A DNA stretch of 64,000 nucleotides from a virus (lineage: Duplodnaviria > Caudoviricetes). The stretch spans positions 1,711 through 65,710 of the IMG/VR virus record IMGVR_UViG_3300021363_000005; one strand, written 5' to 3'. Shown piece by piece: positions 9,669 through 20,660 of this stretch (the stretch's first letter is position 1; the number at the start of each line of letters is the position of its first letter). Below the pieces are notes generated by a model. That model was not told the DNA's origin and searched no databases. It saw only the letters and a program-made list of their open reading frames with translations. The translations under genes and the position numbers were made by a program.

Positions 9669-10793
9669 ATGCCTGATCTAGCTTTCAGTCCGGACGCACC
9701 GGAGTACGGGCCCGAAGTCGCGCAAGCTCCTCCGCCCGAGTTGATGCAGTCGCCTTTTCAGAGGCTGCCGGCAGCTGCGCCGTCGCCTGTTCAAGCGCCG
9801 CCCGCGCCGCCCGCGCCGCCGACGGGACAGGGCGATCAGCTTGGCGTGCAAACCGGCACGCCGCCGCCAGCGCCGACACCGGAGCAGGTGAAACAACAGA
9901 CTGCTGCTGAAGCAGCCGACGATATGGAACAGCAAAAGGCTGCCGACCTCGAAGAGGAACAGCAGTACAAGACCTTGCGGTCTCATCACGGCAACTATGA
10001 CATTCTAAAAGACAACGTCACTGCTGATAGTCATCCAGATACCCCTAAGTTGCAGCGGGCATTGGAGCTCTATAGCAAGCTGGGCAAGGGTGACCCTGCG
10101 ATCAAGCAGTACAAACCGCTGATCGACGGTCTGAAAGCGAAAATCAATACCGAGACCAAGGCGCAAAATGACAAGGTGAACGCTGCACGCAAGGTCGAGG
10201 CGGCGCAGGCTGACGCCAAGTATGAAGATGTCAATCAGCGTGAGCGCACCTACGGAACAATCGGCACCATCGTCGACACCGTCGCTGGTGACTATGGCGA
10301 CCGCGCCAAGGATCGCGATCCCAAGGTGGCGCAGGCAAGCGATTTCACCGTCAAGACGTCGCCGCTTACCACCATGTCGATCAAGAAGCGCGACGGGACG
10401 GTATCCTATGAGCCGCTGCGCAACGCTGCGACGTCGATTGCCACGTTGAACGGTCGCATGCCTCCTGACGCTGCGGTGAACCACGTGCTGTCCATGGCGT
10501 CGCCGCTGGGTTTCGACGACAAAGGCAAGCCGCTGACCGGCGTCAACGGCAAGACCGGTGCCGGTGCGACGACCTATCAGGTGATCGGCCGCGACGTGCG
10601 CGACAACTATCTGGTCGTGACCAACGACGGTACGCACTTGCGGGTTGATCCCGATACGATGGCGCAGGTACGACAGGCCCGGCAGATGGGATGGAGGGCG
10701 GCCAAGCAGTGGCAAACTGATCAGAAGAAAGCGGCTGAGCCTGATTGGCTCACTCGTACCTATCGAAGCGTCATTCCCGGGAAGGGCTTCTGA
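9669..10793 (+). CDS. putative internal virion protein
   Basis: Long ORF whose stop overlaps the start of the giant gene (TGATG). Confidence 0.5.
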   Translation: MPDLAFSPDAPEYGPEVAQAPPPELMQSPFQRLPAAAPSPVQAPPAPPAPPTGQGDQLGVQTGTPPPAPTPEQVKQQTAAEAADDMEQQKAADLEEEQQYKTLRSHHGNYDILKDNVTADSHPDTPKLQRALELYSKLGKGDPAIKQYKPLIDGLKAKINTETKAQNDKVNAARKVEAAQADAKYEDVNQRERTYGTIGTIVDTVAGDYGDRAKDRDPKVAQASDFTVKTSPLTTMSIKKRDGTVSYEPLRNAATSIATLNGRMPPDAAVNHVLSMASPLGFDDKGKPLTGVNGKTGAGATTYQVIGRDVRDNYLVVTNDGTHLRVDPDTMAQVRQARQMGWRAAKQWQTDQKKAAEPDWLTRTYRSVIPGKGF

Positions 10794-13700
10794 TGCAGAA
10801 CGAGTTCACCAAGCCGGGATTTCTGTCAGGCATTCGTGATCCGACCGAGGCGGCACCGGAAGACACCAACACGCGGTCGTGGGGGCAGTTCGGTGCCGAT
10901 ACGGCGATTGGTCTGGCCAAGCCGTTGGTCGGCGCAGCGCGCACGGTCACGCAGGGCGCTCGCATGGGTCTCGACGAGCTGCCGCCGGAGGCTCGACCGG
11001 AGTGGTTGGGTGACGCGGCACATGGTCCGGTAGCTGACGTCGACCGTTCGCTGGGCAGCGCCGAGAAGTGGCTCGACGATCAGCGTTCGGCGCGTGACAA
11101 GGCGCTCGACACTGACTCGCCATTTCCCGGTCCTGACCAGCGCAGCTTCTGGCGGGAGCCGATTGCTTCGACCGTTCATCAGATAACGCCGCTCATTCCG
11201 ATGGTGGCGGGTGCGGTCCTGACCGGCGGCACCAGTTTAGCGGCGCAGGCTGGCGTGGCGGCGACGTTCGGTTTGCTGGGTGTCGGCTCGTCGCTCAGCC
11301 AGTTGCGCGATGCTTCCGAGCAAATGCCAATCGATGAACTTAGAAAGTTACCGCAGTACCAAGAGTTCAATGGCGACGAGCAGGCTGCCCGCAACAAGGT
11401 GTTCAAGGACTCGGTCGATTTGAAAACCGAGGCGGCGACGTTCATCGTGAATGGAGCGACGTTCGGTGCCTTCTTGCAGGGCATCGGCAGTCCGGCCAAG
11501 AAGGCGCTGGCGCAACGTCTCAAGAGCATGCTGATCGGCGGTACGGAAGGCGCTGGCATCGGTGCGGCGCAAGGTGCTGTCAGCTCCTACGGCGAAGAGC
11601 TGGGTAAGGTTCGGCGTGGCGAGCAGGAGAGCATTGACCCCGCCAAGGTGGCGGAGAGCACTGAGAGCGGCACGGCGTTTGGTCTGCCGATGGGGCTGCA
11701 CCATTTCGTTTCACCGCACAGACCCGGCCAGAAACCGTCTGAGGAACCACCGGCACCGACGTCGACGCCGCTTGACACCGATGTTAAGAGCGTCGCAACG
11801 CAGGCGCTGCAGACTGACACACCGCCTCCTGAGCCGACGATGTCGCCGTTCGGCGGCGACACGGGCGTACCCGGTCCACAGCAAGCGCCCAGTGCGCCGT
11901 TGCCGCCCGAGTTTCCCAACATCGAGCGGCCCGGTCTCCCGCAGCCCGGCGACTTTCCCCCAAGTAGCTCGCCGGGTCCGCCGCCTCCACCTGCCGGACC
12001 GTCTCCCCCAATTCCCGGTGCCGGTGGTGGAGGTGGCGGTGCTCCTCCTGTTGGCGGTGCGCCGATGTCGACGCGTTCGCGGACGGGCGTGCCCGGACCG
12101 GCACGCGCGCCGACCGAGCCGCTGGCCCCACGTTTTGCTGAGATCGAGCGCCCGGGGTTGCCCAGCCCCGGCGACTTCGGTGCGGAACCAGAACCGGCTG
12201 TGCCGAGTTCTCCTGTCGCGGCACCGCGCCCTGCCCCCGCTGAAGCTGCGGTGGCCGCCCCGGCTCGACCGGCTCCTGTTGTGGCACGGGAGGAGCCGGC
12301 GGCCGGGCCTACTGCGGCTCGAGTTGCCGCGCGTGAAATCCCACAGGGTGGCGGTGAAGGTGTAACTCCCGGTGTAACTCCGGAGGTTAGACAGGAAGCA
12401 CGTGCTGAGCCGCGTCGTGAGACGACGATCACGCCCGGTGCCGAGACGGCCATCGCGCCTGTCACGCAGCGTGCCGAGCATGCGCCGGTCACCTTGGGTG
12501 AGACGCTGTCGGAAGAAGCGCAGGCTCACATGGCGCGGGCACGCGAGCAGGCCGAGACAGCCCAGAACGAACGCAACGCTAAGACGGTTGCCGCGCGCAC
12601 CGGCCGGACGATGGAGCGCACCGGCAAGGTCAAGACCGGCGTCGAGCGGGCGCTCGAAGTCGCGCTCAAGGCGTGGAAGGCGAGCAAGGAGAAAACTGCC
12701 GAGGGCTGGCAGACGCTGCGCCGGCAGGCGATCAACGTCGAAGCAGGGCGGGTCGCGGCCGGGCTCAGGGCCAAGGGGTACCTGAACCAGATCGGCGAGC
12801 GGCCGGTGACACCGGGTGGCGTCGCGCGGGAAGTCGAGCGCATTCGCACCCGTGGTCAGCCGCGCAAGGCACCGGCAGCCGATACCAACGAAGTCCTCAC
12901 GCCCGAGGAAGTGAGTTTTGCCAACCGGCTCGACGAGCTGCATCGGCGGATCACGCCGGACATGCCGCAGCTGCAGTACCGCGCCACCATCCGTCCGATG
13001 CTGGCTGAGGCACGCCGGCTCGACGCGGCTCGCCATGAGAACGGCCAGCCGGCGATTTTCGAACGGGCACTGCCCAAGCCGCCGGGCATCGCGCGCTCGC
13101 TCGAACATCAGTTCAACGATCATGCCCACCGGCTGGAATTGCTGCGTCATCTGTCGCCGGACGAGTTTGCCAATTCCGAAGTCGTGCGCTCGACCCTGCA
13201 GAAGATGGCCGACATCAACGAGAAACGCGTCCCGCAGCGCGCGATCATGCGGCCGACAGAACCTGAGATTGACACGGTGTCAGGCCAGCTTGTGCGCCGC
13301 GAACAGCCGCCCGAGCCCACGGGGTTCCGCCCGCAGCCACACACCGAGTACCGCCCGTTGCCGACGCCCAGCTGGGTATCCGAAAAACTGGCGCAGGCGC
13401 ACACCCAGACCGCACCGTCGATCATCGAGCACCAGCCCTACGCCGAGGCTGTCGCGTCCTTGGCAGGCCGCCAGTACCCCCGCCTGCCGGCGCAGCTGCC
13501 GACGGGCACCGCTGAGGTTAGGCGCATGCGGTCCGAGGCGACGGCGGCCGGGCAGCGGCATGACGTCGGCACGGTCTATCCGCAGGGTGCAGCGACGCCC
13601 GGTAGGGGCAAGGAGCGGCCGCTGACGTCGGCTCAGTTCGAACGGGAGCAGGAGGCGCATCGCGTCAAGACGGCAGCCGGCACGCCGCACGGCGAGGAGC

Positions 13701-16700
13701 TGCGCCGTGAAGCGGGGCATGCTCAGCGTGAGCTGACGCCGACCGAGGCGCGCGAGCTGGCGGCTGCCAAGCTGGCTGAGGAACGCGAGAAAGGAACCGA
13801 GCGGCGTGAACATCTCGGTGAGATACCCAAAGAGGAAGACCTCAACACGCTGGTTGATCAGGCGCTGGGCAAGAAGGAAGGGGCAGCCGCCACGCAGACG
13901 ACGCGCAGCAAGCACACTCAGATGCGCGAGATCATCATCGAGCACAGCATCAACAGCGTACTGAAAAAACATTTCGGCGCGGAACTGGAAAACCTGCGCA
14001 GTATGATGGACCGCTTGCAGATCGGCCTGCCGCCGATCAAGCCTGCCGAGCTCGCAGCGCTCGAAGCGCAAGGCGTCACGGGCGGCCGGAAGTCGCAAGC
14101 CATTCGTGCCGGCAAGCCGGTGGCACCGCGTGAGCTGGTCAGCCGGCCCAAGCGTGGCTCGGCGCTGACCGGCGCTGCCTTGGACCAAGCTGTTGTTAAA
14201 CGGATCATGGAGATTGCCGGCGAACATGTGCCTAAAACGCTTGGCAAGGAGCAGGCGGCGGCGCTCAAGGTCGACCCTGCCCGCTTCGGTCTGCGGCTCG
14301 AGGCTGAGGAAAAGCCGCGTGGCACACGTGAGAGTTTTAAGGCTCTGCGTGAGGAGCATGAGAGCGCGCTGATCGATTGGCAGAACAAGGTGTTCGACCA
14401 GATCACGGCAGGCTACGAACTGAAGCCGGTCCTTGAAGAGATCATCGCGACGGCCAAGAGAATTACCGCTGAACAGCGCCAGCAGCGCGGCATCACCGGT
14501 CAGTCGATCAAGACGTGGATCCCCAACGGGCGTGATGCCCGCACCGCCGATGGTCGCATCTTCAAGAAGTACAATGCCGGCCACGCCGAGGAGAAGGCGA
14601 CGCACTTCAACATGCTGGCCGACATCATGAATGCTGACGAGCAGATCAGGCTGGCGCAGGCGGCGGCACCGACGGTCGATGCCTTCGACCACATGCGAGC
14701 GCCTGACGTGCAGCGTGTCATCGGCCAGCTCATTCCCGAACTCGGCAAGCTGGGCAGCGACTGGCGGCTCTATGAAGGCGGCATGGCCAAGGCGATCAAT
14801 GAGGAGCGTCGGGCCAAGTCGGAAGAAGTCACCGAGCGTATGAAGGGTGTGCGGCCCGCCGAGGGTGGTGACGAGGAAACGCGGGCGGAAATTCCCGAGA
14901 CAGCGCCGTCGGCCGAGGAACAGATGCTGGCGGCCGAGCCCACTTTCGAAACCGAGGGTGACCGACGAGCGCGCGAAAACCGCAACAAGCGCGAATGGCA
15001 GGACATGATCGCCGCGCAGCGGCCCTCGACGCAGGTCAGCGGCGCTCGGGTGGTCGGCACGCGGGCCAAGGGCGCGTTTGAAAAGATACCCAAGACCGAG
15101 GAGTTGCCGCCCGGTGAAGGACGCAAGCTCTCCGGTGCCGAACTCGAGGAAGCCAAGCAGCGTCTGCTGGCCAACCGGCGTAACCGCCCGACTGACGGCC
15201 CGCCGCCCGAGACGGCTGGCGAGTACCGCGCCGAGGTACAGGGCGCACGCGAGGCGCTGGCGACCGACGATCCGCAGCATCCGCTGATCAGCGACCACGA
15301 ACCGGCGGCTGCCTCGCTCGACCGGGCCAAGGACATCATCAAGCGCGGCGAGGCGGGTGACGTTTCTTCCTTCATCACGCCCGAGTTCATTGACAAATTG
15401 TCAACGGTCAATGCGGGCGTGCGTGTCCTGCATGCGCCGGTCGAGGTGGTGGCCGGTGAGCGCGGCGAGGGTCAGGCATTCTACCAGCCCGACAAGGACC
15501 GTATCGTCCTCAGCAACAACGTGAGCAGCGGCGACTACGTCAAGAACGTGGTGCACGAGCATGTCCACGCCGCGACCGAGCACCTGCTGGACAGCGACGC
15601 CGCCTTCCGCAGTGAGGTCGAGGACCTGCGGCAGCGCGCCGAGGCGCATGCCAAGCAGGCGGGCGTCACCAACCAGCGCCTGCTCTATGGCCTGCGCGAC
15701 CCGCACGAGTTTCTGTCGGAGAGCCAGTCCAACCCTGAGTTCCGCGCCATGCTGGGCCGTGCGTCGGCTCCCAGCCGGGGTGTCATTCAGGGGGCCAAGA
15801 ACGTCATCAACGCGCTCTACCGCAGCATTCGTGACGCATGGCGCAGGGTGGTCGGCGAGAAGGATGGCGACACCGCGCTCGACGTGCTGTTCCGCGATAC
15901 CTCCTCGGTGCTGGGCCGCACCGACAAGCTGGTCGCCAAGACACTTGACCGGCTGGCCATGGAAGGGCGGCAGCCCGGTGGCACGGCGGAGGGCCGGCGT
16001 TATAGCCCGCTGACCGACAAGGTTGCTGCGACGGCGTCACGGGTCGGCAAGGACGCGTGGTCGGCCGTCGCGCAGTCGCCCAAGTTCGACATCGGCATGT
16101 CGCTGCACTCGACGATGGATCTTGCCCGGCGTGGCGTGAAGGATTTTCAGGGCCATGCGCTCAAGGTGGCGCAGGTCATGGCGCGCAAGGCGACCGAGCG
16201 CGGCCGCATCATTAAGGAACAGGATCAGCCCAAGCTGCTGCGCACTGCGAAGTGGCTGAACGGCCTGAACAAGGACATGCGGATCAAGGTCGAAAAGTTC
16301 TTGACCGACGAGACGATGCATGGCGCGCACGCCGATGTGGCGTTGAACGATCCGAAGAACAAGCACATCAGCCTGTTCGAGCCGTTCAACGAGGCAGGGC
16401 CCAAGCCGTGGGCGCTGCGCGACGCGCAGGTCCATCGCATGCATGAGGGCATGCGCGAGCGCTACAACGAGCTGACGCAGGTGCCGGGCTTCGTCGAGAA
16501 CCGCGCTGCGCTGCATAAGTTCTTTGCCGACCGTGAGACCGAAATTCGGCACGAGGTGACCAAGGCGCTGACCGAGCATCTCGGCATCCTACCGGCGTCT
16601 GCCGACACGCCCCGACTGAAGGCTGCCGCCATCGAGGTCATCCAGAAGCACATCTTGAACGAGAAGATGGACGTCGGGGAGAAGCAGCGACTGGAAGCGA

Positions 16701-19423
16701 TCAAGAGTGAGGCCGGTCGCAGCAACTTCCGCGATGTCGTGGCCCGGATCCGCCGCACGCCTGAGCTCAATCGGCTGGCCGGTCCCTACATCCCGCTCAC
16801 CCGGCGCGGCAACTGGGCGACATTTGGCCGGTTCAAGCTGGGTGAGGGCGGCGACAATGGCGAGCGTCCGCTGGCGGAGCGCGACACGCACGGTCGCGAC
16901 GTCGACGAAGGCGTACGCATGTTCGACACCCGCGAGGCGGCCGAGGCGTTTGAGCAGCGCATGCAGGATAAGTTCGGCATCAGCCAGCTCGATGGCGGCG
17001 AGTGGTTCATCGATAAGGCGACCGGCAAGCGGGCGCGCGAGTACACCGAGGAGGAACTGCGCCAGCTGCAGGACAAGACCCCCGATCTCAACAACCGGTT
17101 GCTCAGGGCCAAGGAGGTCGAGCCCGGCATCGTCGAGGAAGGGCCCAACCGCTACGAGAAAAAATTCTGGGTCAAGATGCAGCCTAAGCTGCTGGAATTT
17201 CACGACAGCCGTGGCGAGGCCGATGCCAGTGCAGCGGCGTGGCGCGCCAAGCACGGTGCCGACATCGAGGTCAGCAACGCCGAACAGGTTCATCGCGGCA
17301 GCGGCAAGGAGAACGAGAAGTACGCCAGCTCGCAGATGCAGAAGCTGATCGACCGCGTCGAGACCACCGACACCTACCGGGGGCTCAGCACCGACCAGCA
17401 GGCGGCGCTCAAGAGCGCGCTCACCTTGCAGGCGGCCAAGCTCAGTCTGCGGCGCGGCGTGCGTCAGTCGTTCAAGCCGCGCGACTACGTGGCCGGTGTC
17501 GACCCTGAAAACTTGATGCACAACTTCATGGACTACTCCGGGCAGACGGCGGGTTATCTCGCCAACACCCGGCACTATGTCGAGATGGCCGAGGCGAAGG
17601 CGTCGCTCGATAAGTTCATGGCCGACAGCCGCTACGAAAAAGACCCGGTCAGCACGCTGCACCAGCGGACCCGCGACGAGCTCTACCGGCGGTCCGACAC
17701 GCCGGCCGAGAGCAACGTCAACACGCCGTTCGACAAGGTGGTCGACGGCGTCTTGAAGATGTCGATGTTCAGCCGGCTGGCTGGCTTCTCCTATTACGTC
17801 ATCAACTCGACCGAGCCGGTGGCGCTGGGCGCGCCGATCATGATGGATCGCCACGGCCCCGGCCGGGTGGCGGCCGAGATGGCGAAATCCTACCGCATGA
17901 TCGGTCCGCTCAAGATGGCGGCGGCTGCCGGGCGCGATGCCTACCGGGCGTTCCGGGGTCGCACTGAGGAGTTCGACGCCAACGGCAACCCAACCGTCTT
18001 CACCGACTACAAGAAAGTTTTCGAGAAGTCGGTGGCTCAGCAGGCTGATCGTGCCGGTCTAGAAGATTTCATCAATCAGGTGCAGAAGGCCGGGCTGTTC
18101 GAGTCGTCGGCCAGCATCGAGTACCAGCGCATGATCAAGGGCCCGGCGGTGCCGTCGGGTACTTTCGACAAAGCCCAGAACTGGGCAAGCAACGTCTTCC
18201 AAGGGGCCAACACCGCCGTCGAAAACCTTAACCGGTTCGTCACGGGCGTGACCGCTTACCGGCTGGAACGGCAGCGGCTGGGCAACGCTGAGGATGCCCA
18301 TCAGAAGGCGGTCGATTACGCGACCGACGTGATGTACCGCACCAATGGCGACTATCGCGATTGGAACTCACCCTCGCTGCTGACCAAGGGGCCGATTGGC
18401 AGGTTGGCCGGGCAGTACAAGAAGTACCCGCAGCGCGTGCTGGCGAGCTACATCGAGGGTGCCGCTGCCTCGCTGAAACTGCTGACCAAGGAGGGCAGGA
18501 CCGAAGAGAACATGCAGAAGGCGAAGCGTCTGGTCGCCATGACGGTGGTGCAGATTGGTGCCGCTGGCGTGCTCGGCCTGCCGACCGACATTCTCAAGAT
18601 CCCGATGAACACGCTTTACCTCAGCGGTGCGACCAGCGTCACGGGCGACGACGCTGAGAACTGGTTCCGGGGCAAGATGTTGAGCCAGTTCGGCCCGATG
18701 GGGCAGGTCATCACTGATGGTCTATCGCGTCTGACGCCGGTCGATGTTGCCAGCCGCATGGGCCTGTCCGGCTCAATCATCTATGGCTCGCCGTCGTCGC
18801 GTAAACCGGCCGACGTGATGGGCGCGGCCGTGGGGGTGATGCTCGGCTCGGGCGGCACCATGGCGCGCGACATGTTGAAGGGCGTCCAGCTGCTCAGTCA
18901 GTCGGCCAAGGCCAAATTGGATGGTGCTGACGCCGAGAGTTACAAACTTCTGATGCAGGGGCTGCGCTACACCATCCCGGTGCGCGCGCTGGCCGATCTG
19001 CTCGCGGCTACCGAGGCTGACGTCACGACGTCGACGTCGGGTCGCCCGCTGCGCGCGCCGTTGACCGATAGCCAGAGTGCCATCCGGGCGCTGGGTTTCC
19101 GGCCGACCGACGTGACACTGGCTGGCGAGGCGAAGGCGCGGGTCAAAGGCGCGGCCGACCGCTACACCGCCGAGCGCAATCGCCTGATCCAAGAGTGGGT
19201 GACGTCACCGCCGGCTGACCGGCGCTCGGTGCAGAAGGAGATCGACGACTTTAATCGGGTCTACACCAAGGGATCACAGCGCATTACGCGCGACGATCAG
19301 GTGAAGGCGATTGAAACGCGTCGCAAGGCCGAGAAGGCACCGTCCGGCGAGATGGGTCTGCCGCTCAATGCACGCACGCGCGCGTTCCTGCAGGATGAAC
19401 CGACCTATGGGAGAGCACGATGA
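10793..19423 (+). CDS. giant internal virion 'large polyvalent protein' with zincin metallopeptidase-like and PLxRFG-like domains
   Basis: ~2,876 aa from ATG 10793. Zincin motif AFYQP..RIVL..VVHEHVHAAT..HEFLSE; GPYIPLTRRG resembles PLxRFG; helical C-terminal half. Confidence 0.75.
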   Translation: MQNEFTKPGFLSGIRDPTEAAPEDTNTRSWGQFGADTAIGLAKPLVGAARTVTQGARMGLDELPPEARPEWLGDAAHGPVADVDRSLGSAEKWLDDQRSARDKALDTDSPFPGPDQRSFWREPIASTVHQITPLIPMVAGAVLTGGTSLAAQAGVAATFGLLGVGSSLSQLRDASEQMPIDELRKLPQYQEFNGDEQAARNKVFKDSVDLKTEAATFIVNGATFGAFLQGIGSPAKKALAQRLKSMLIGGTEGAGIGAAQGAVSSYGEELGKVRRGEQESIDPAKVAESTESGTAFGLPMGLHHFVSPHRPGQKPSEEPPAPTSTPLDTDVKSVATQALQTDTPPPEPTMSPFGGDTGVPGPQQAPSAPLPPEFPNIERPGLPQPGDFPPSSSPGPPPPPAGPSPPIPGAGGGGGGAPPVGGAPMSTRSRTGVPGPARAPTEPLAPRFAEIERPGLPSPGDFGAEPEPAVPSSPVAAPRPAPAEAAVAAPARPAPVVAREEPAAGPTAARVAAREIPQGGGEGVTPGVTPEVRQEARAEPRRETTITPGAETAIAPVTQRAEHAPVTLGETLSEEAQAHMARAREQAETAQNERNAKTVAARTGRTMERTGKVKTGVERALEVALKAWKASKEKTAEGWQTLRRQAINVEAGRVAAGLRAKGYLNQIGERPVTPGGVAREVERIRTRGQPRKAPAADTNEVLTPEEVSFANRLDELHRRITPDMPQLQYRATIRPMLAEARRLDAARHENGQPAIFERALPKPPGIARSLEHQFNDHAHRLELLRHLSPDEFANSEVVRSTLQKMADINEKRVPQRAIMRPTEPEIDTVSGQLVRREQPPEPTGFRPQPHTEYRPLPTPSWVSEKLAQAHTQTAPSIIEHQPYAEAVASLAGRQYPRLPAQLPTGTAEVRRMRSEATAAGQRHDVGTVYPQGAATPGRGKERPLTSAQFEREQEAHRVKTAAGTPHGEELRREAGHAQRELTPTEARELAAAKLAEEREKGTERREHLGEIPKEEDLNTLVDQALGKKEGAAATQTTRSKHTQMREIIIEHSINSVLKKHFGAELENLRSMMDRLQIGLPPIKPAELAALEAQGVTGGRKSQAIRAGKPVAPRELVSRPKRGSALTGAALDQAVVKRIMEIAGEHVPKTLGKEQAAALKVDPARFGLRLEAEEKPRGTRESFKALREEHESALIDWQNKVFDQITAGYELKPVLEEIIATAKRITAEQRQQRGITGQSIKTWIPNGRDARTADGRIFKKYNAGHAEEKATHFNMLADIMNADEQIRLAQAAAPTVDAFDHMRAPDVQRVIGQLIPELGKLGSDWRLYEGGMAKAINEERRAKSEEVTERMKGVRPAEGGDEETRAEIPETAPSAEEQMLAAEPTFETEGDRRARENRNKREWQDMIAAQRPSTQVSGARVVGTRAKGAFEKIPKTEELPPGEGRKLSGAELEEAKQRLLANRRNRPTDGPPPETAGEYRAEVQGAREALATDDPQHPLISDHEPAAASLDRAKDIIKRGEAGDVSSFITPEFIDKLSTVNAGVRVLHAPVEVVAGERGEGQAFYQPDKDRIVLSNNVSSGDYVKNVVHEHVHAATEHLLDSDAAFRSEVEDLRQRAEAHAKQAGVTNQRLLYGLRDPHEFLSESQSNPEFRAMLGRASAPSRGVIQGAKNVINALYRSIRDAWRRVVGEKDGDTALDVLFRDTSSVLGRTDKLVAKTLDRLAMEGRQPGGTAEGRRYSPLTDKVAATASRVGKDAWSAVAQSPKFDIGMSLHSTMDLARRGVKDFQGHALKVAQVMARKATERGRIIKEQDQPKLLRTAKWLNGLNKDMRIKVEKFLTDETMHGAHADVALNDPKNKHISLFEPFNEAGPKPWALRDAQVHRMHEGMRERYNELTQVPGFVENRAALHKFFADRETEIRHEVTKALTEHLGILPASADTPRLKAAAIEVIQKHILNEKMDVGEKQRLEAIKSEAGRSNFRDVVARIRRTPELNRLAGPYIPLTRRGNWATFGRFKLGEGGDNGERPLAERDTHGRDVDEGVRMFDTREAAEAFEQRMQDKFGISQLDGGEWFIDKATGKRAREYTEEELRQLQDKTPDLNNRLLRAKEVEPGIVEEGPNRYEKKFWVKMQPKLLEFHDSRGEADASAAAWRAKHGADIEVSNAEQVHRGSGKENEKYASSQMQKLIDRVETTDTYRGLSTDQQAALKSALTLQAAKLSLRRGVRQSFKPRDYVAGVDPENLMHNFMDYSGQTAGYLANTRHYVEMAEAKASLDKFMADSRYEKDPVSTLHQRTRDELYRRSDTPAESNVNTPFDKVVDGVLKMSMFSRLAGFSYYVINSTEPVALGAPIMMDRHGPGRVAAEMAKSYRMIGPLKMAAAAGRDAYRAFRGRTEEFDANGNPTVFTDYKKVFEKSVAQQADRAGLEDFINQVQKAGLFESSASIEYQRMIKGPAVPSGTFDKAQNWASNVFQGANTAVENLNRFVTGVTAYRLERQRLGNAEDAHQKAVDYATDVMYRTNGDYRDWNSPSLLTKGPIGRLAGQYKKYPQRVLASYIEGAAASLKLLTKEGRTEENMQKAKRLVAMTVVQIGAAGVLGLPTDILKIPMNTLYLSGATSVTGDDAENWFRGKMLSQFGPMGQVITDGLSRLTPVDVASRMGLSGSIIYGSPSSRKPADVMGAAVGVMLGSGGTMARDMLKGVQLLSQSAKAKLDGADAESYKLLMQGLRYTIPVRALADLLAATEADVTTSTSGRPLRAPLTDSQSAIRALGFRPTDVTLAGEAKARVKGAADRYTAERNRLIQEWVTSPPADRRSVQKEIDDFNRVYTKGSQRITRDDQVKAIETRRKAEKAPSGEMGLPLNARTRAFLQDEPTYGRAR

Positions 19424-20280
19424 CTGATCCTGTTCCCATCGCTCCCCCTCACCAACTGCCCGGGCAGAGCATGGATATGTTCCATGGCGACGAACAGCCG
19501 CTGCAGACCTTTCAGCAAGGTGGTGCGGTCGGAAACTTCGACGAGGCAAAGCGTAAGCTGTTCCTGTCACCGCAGGAGCAGAACGCTTACAAGTTGCACC
19601 TGCACAATCTGTGGTCCGACGATGGCTATAGTCACCCTGATGGTGGCCGGTCGTCGTATTACATGACACCGCACGAAGAGAACGGCAGGCACTATGCGTT
19701 GCCGGGTGTCGCTGAGGGCCGTCTGCTTTCCAGACCTGAGTCGGTTGACCGGGCTCGAACACAGGGTCTCGACAACTTTCCCTCTTATGGATCGTACGAC
19801 GAACTCAGCAAACGCTATGGCGATCTGCACGGCTACATGGAGAAAGACACCAACGACTGGGAGCGCGTGCGCTCCGGTCCGCTGCAGGCAGGCGAGACCG
19901 AGATCACCGAAGGCTACGCACAGGGTGGTCGGGTGCAGGGTGAGGGCGAGGACGACCGGGTTGAACCGACTGACGAGGAACGGGCGCGCAACAGCAAGAC
20001 GATGGACGACATCGGTGCCGGGCGTCTCAAGGTGCCGGAGTATCAGGGTCGCGACTTCGCCCCGCGTCCGGTCGGCCCACAGAGTGATCAGGATTTCGAG
20101 CCGCGCCGCACGAAAATCCAGCAGCAGATGGACGACCCCGAACACGGTGCGTGGCACGACGACAGTAAGTATCAGATCTACACCCCGCACCCGTCATTCT
20201 TTGCCGAGGTCGATCCGCGCGATCTCGTGGCGCACTTCGACAAACATCATCCCGAGGATCATAAACTCAACTTGCCATAG
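19420..20280 (+). CDS. hypothetical late protein
   Basis: ATGA overlap and GGAG RBS; carries FQQGGAV and YAQGGRV. Confidence 0.6.
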   Translation: MTDPVPIAPPHQLPGQSMDMFHGDEQPLQTFQQGGAVGNFDEAKRKLFLSPQEQNAYKLHLHNLWSDDGYSHPDGGRSSYYMTPHEENGRHYALPGVAEGRLLSRPESVDRARTQGLDNFPSYGSYDELSKRYGDLHGYMEKDTNDWERVRSGPLQAGETEITEGYAQGGRVQGEGEDDRVEPTDEERARNSKTMDDIGAGRLKVPEYQGRDFAPRPVGPQSDQDFEPRRTKIQQQMDDPEHGAWHDDSKYQIYTPHPSFFAEVDPRDLVAHFDKHHPEDHKLNLP

Positions 20281-20291
20281 GAGGGCTTGAC

Positions 20292-20450
20292 ATGAAGTCA
20301 ACGACGAAGACGACCAGCAAGCTGGTGTCGAGCAAGCCCCTGCCGAGCATGTTCTCCGGCCAAGTCGCCGTGGGCGGCGGTGCGATGAACATTGTCGGCC
20401 CCGGCTCGACGCCGCCGCTCAAGGACTACAAAAAGGAAGGAGCCACCTGA
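20292..20450 (+). CDS. small hypothetical protein (52 aa, not in ORF track)
   Basis: AGGAGG RBS; MKSTTK...DYKKEGAT; stop overlaps the next ATG. Confidence 0.55.
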   Translation: MKSTTKTTSKLVSSKPLPSMFSGQVAVGGGAMNIVGPGSTPPLKDYKKEGAT

Positions 20451-20659
20451 TGGCGACCTATCGCGGCGGCGAGGTGCCGGTGCCCGACCGGCTCGACGAA
20501 GATCTAAAACTGGTCGGCCAGAAGCTGGGCGGCATGGAGAATGTCGAGGAGGAACTTAATCTGCCTCCTTCGGCTGAACCGGACTACGAACCGAAGCCCG
20601 GTCAGAAGGGTTACGGTTCTTCAACCCACGTCACTTTCAAATACAAACACGGAGGCTAA
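20450..20659 (+). CDS. small hypothetical late protein
   Basis: AAGGAG RBS, coupled to the upstream gene. Confidence 0.6.
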   Translation: MATYRGGEVPVPDRLDEDLKLVGQKLGGMENVEEELNLPPSAEPDYEPKPGQKGYGSSTHVTFKYKHGG

Positions 20660-20660
20660 C

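Noticed and set aside
13280-15298. Long antisense ORFs (also 11711-13150, 16589-17854, 36577-38322, 39774-41126, 60908-62134)
   Set aside because: Shadow frames of real GC-rich genes on the opposite strand, with no recognisable motifs
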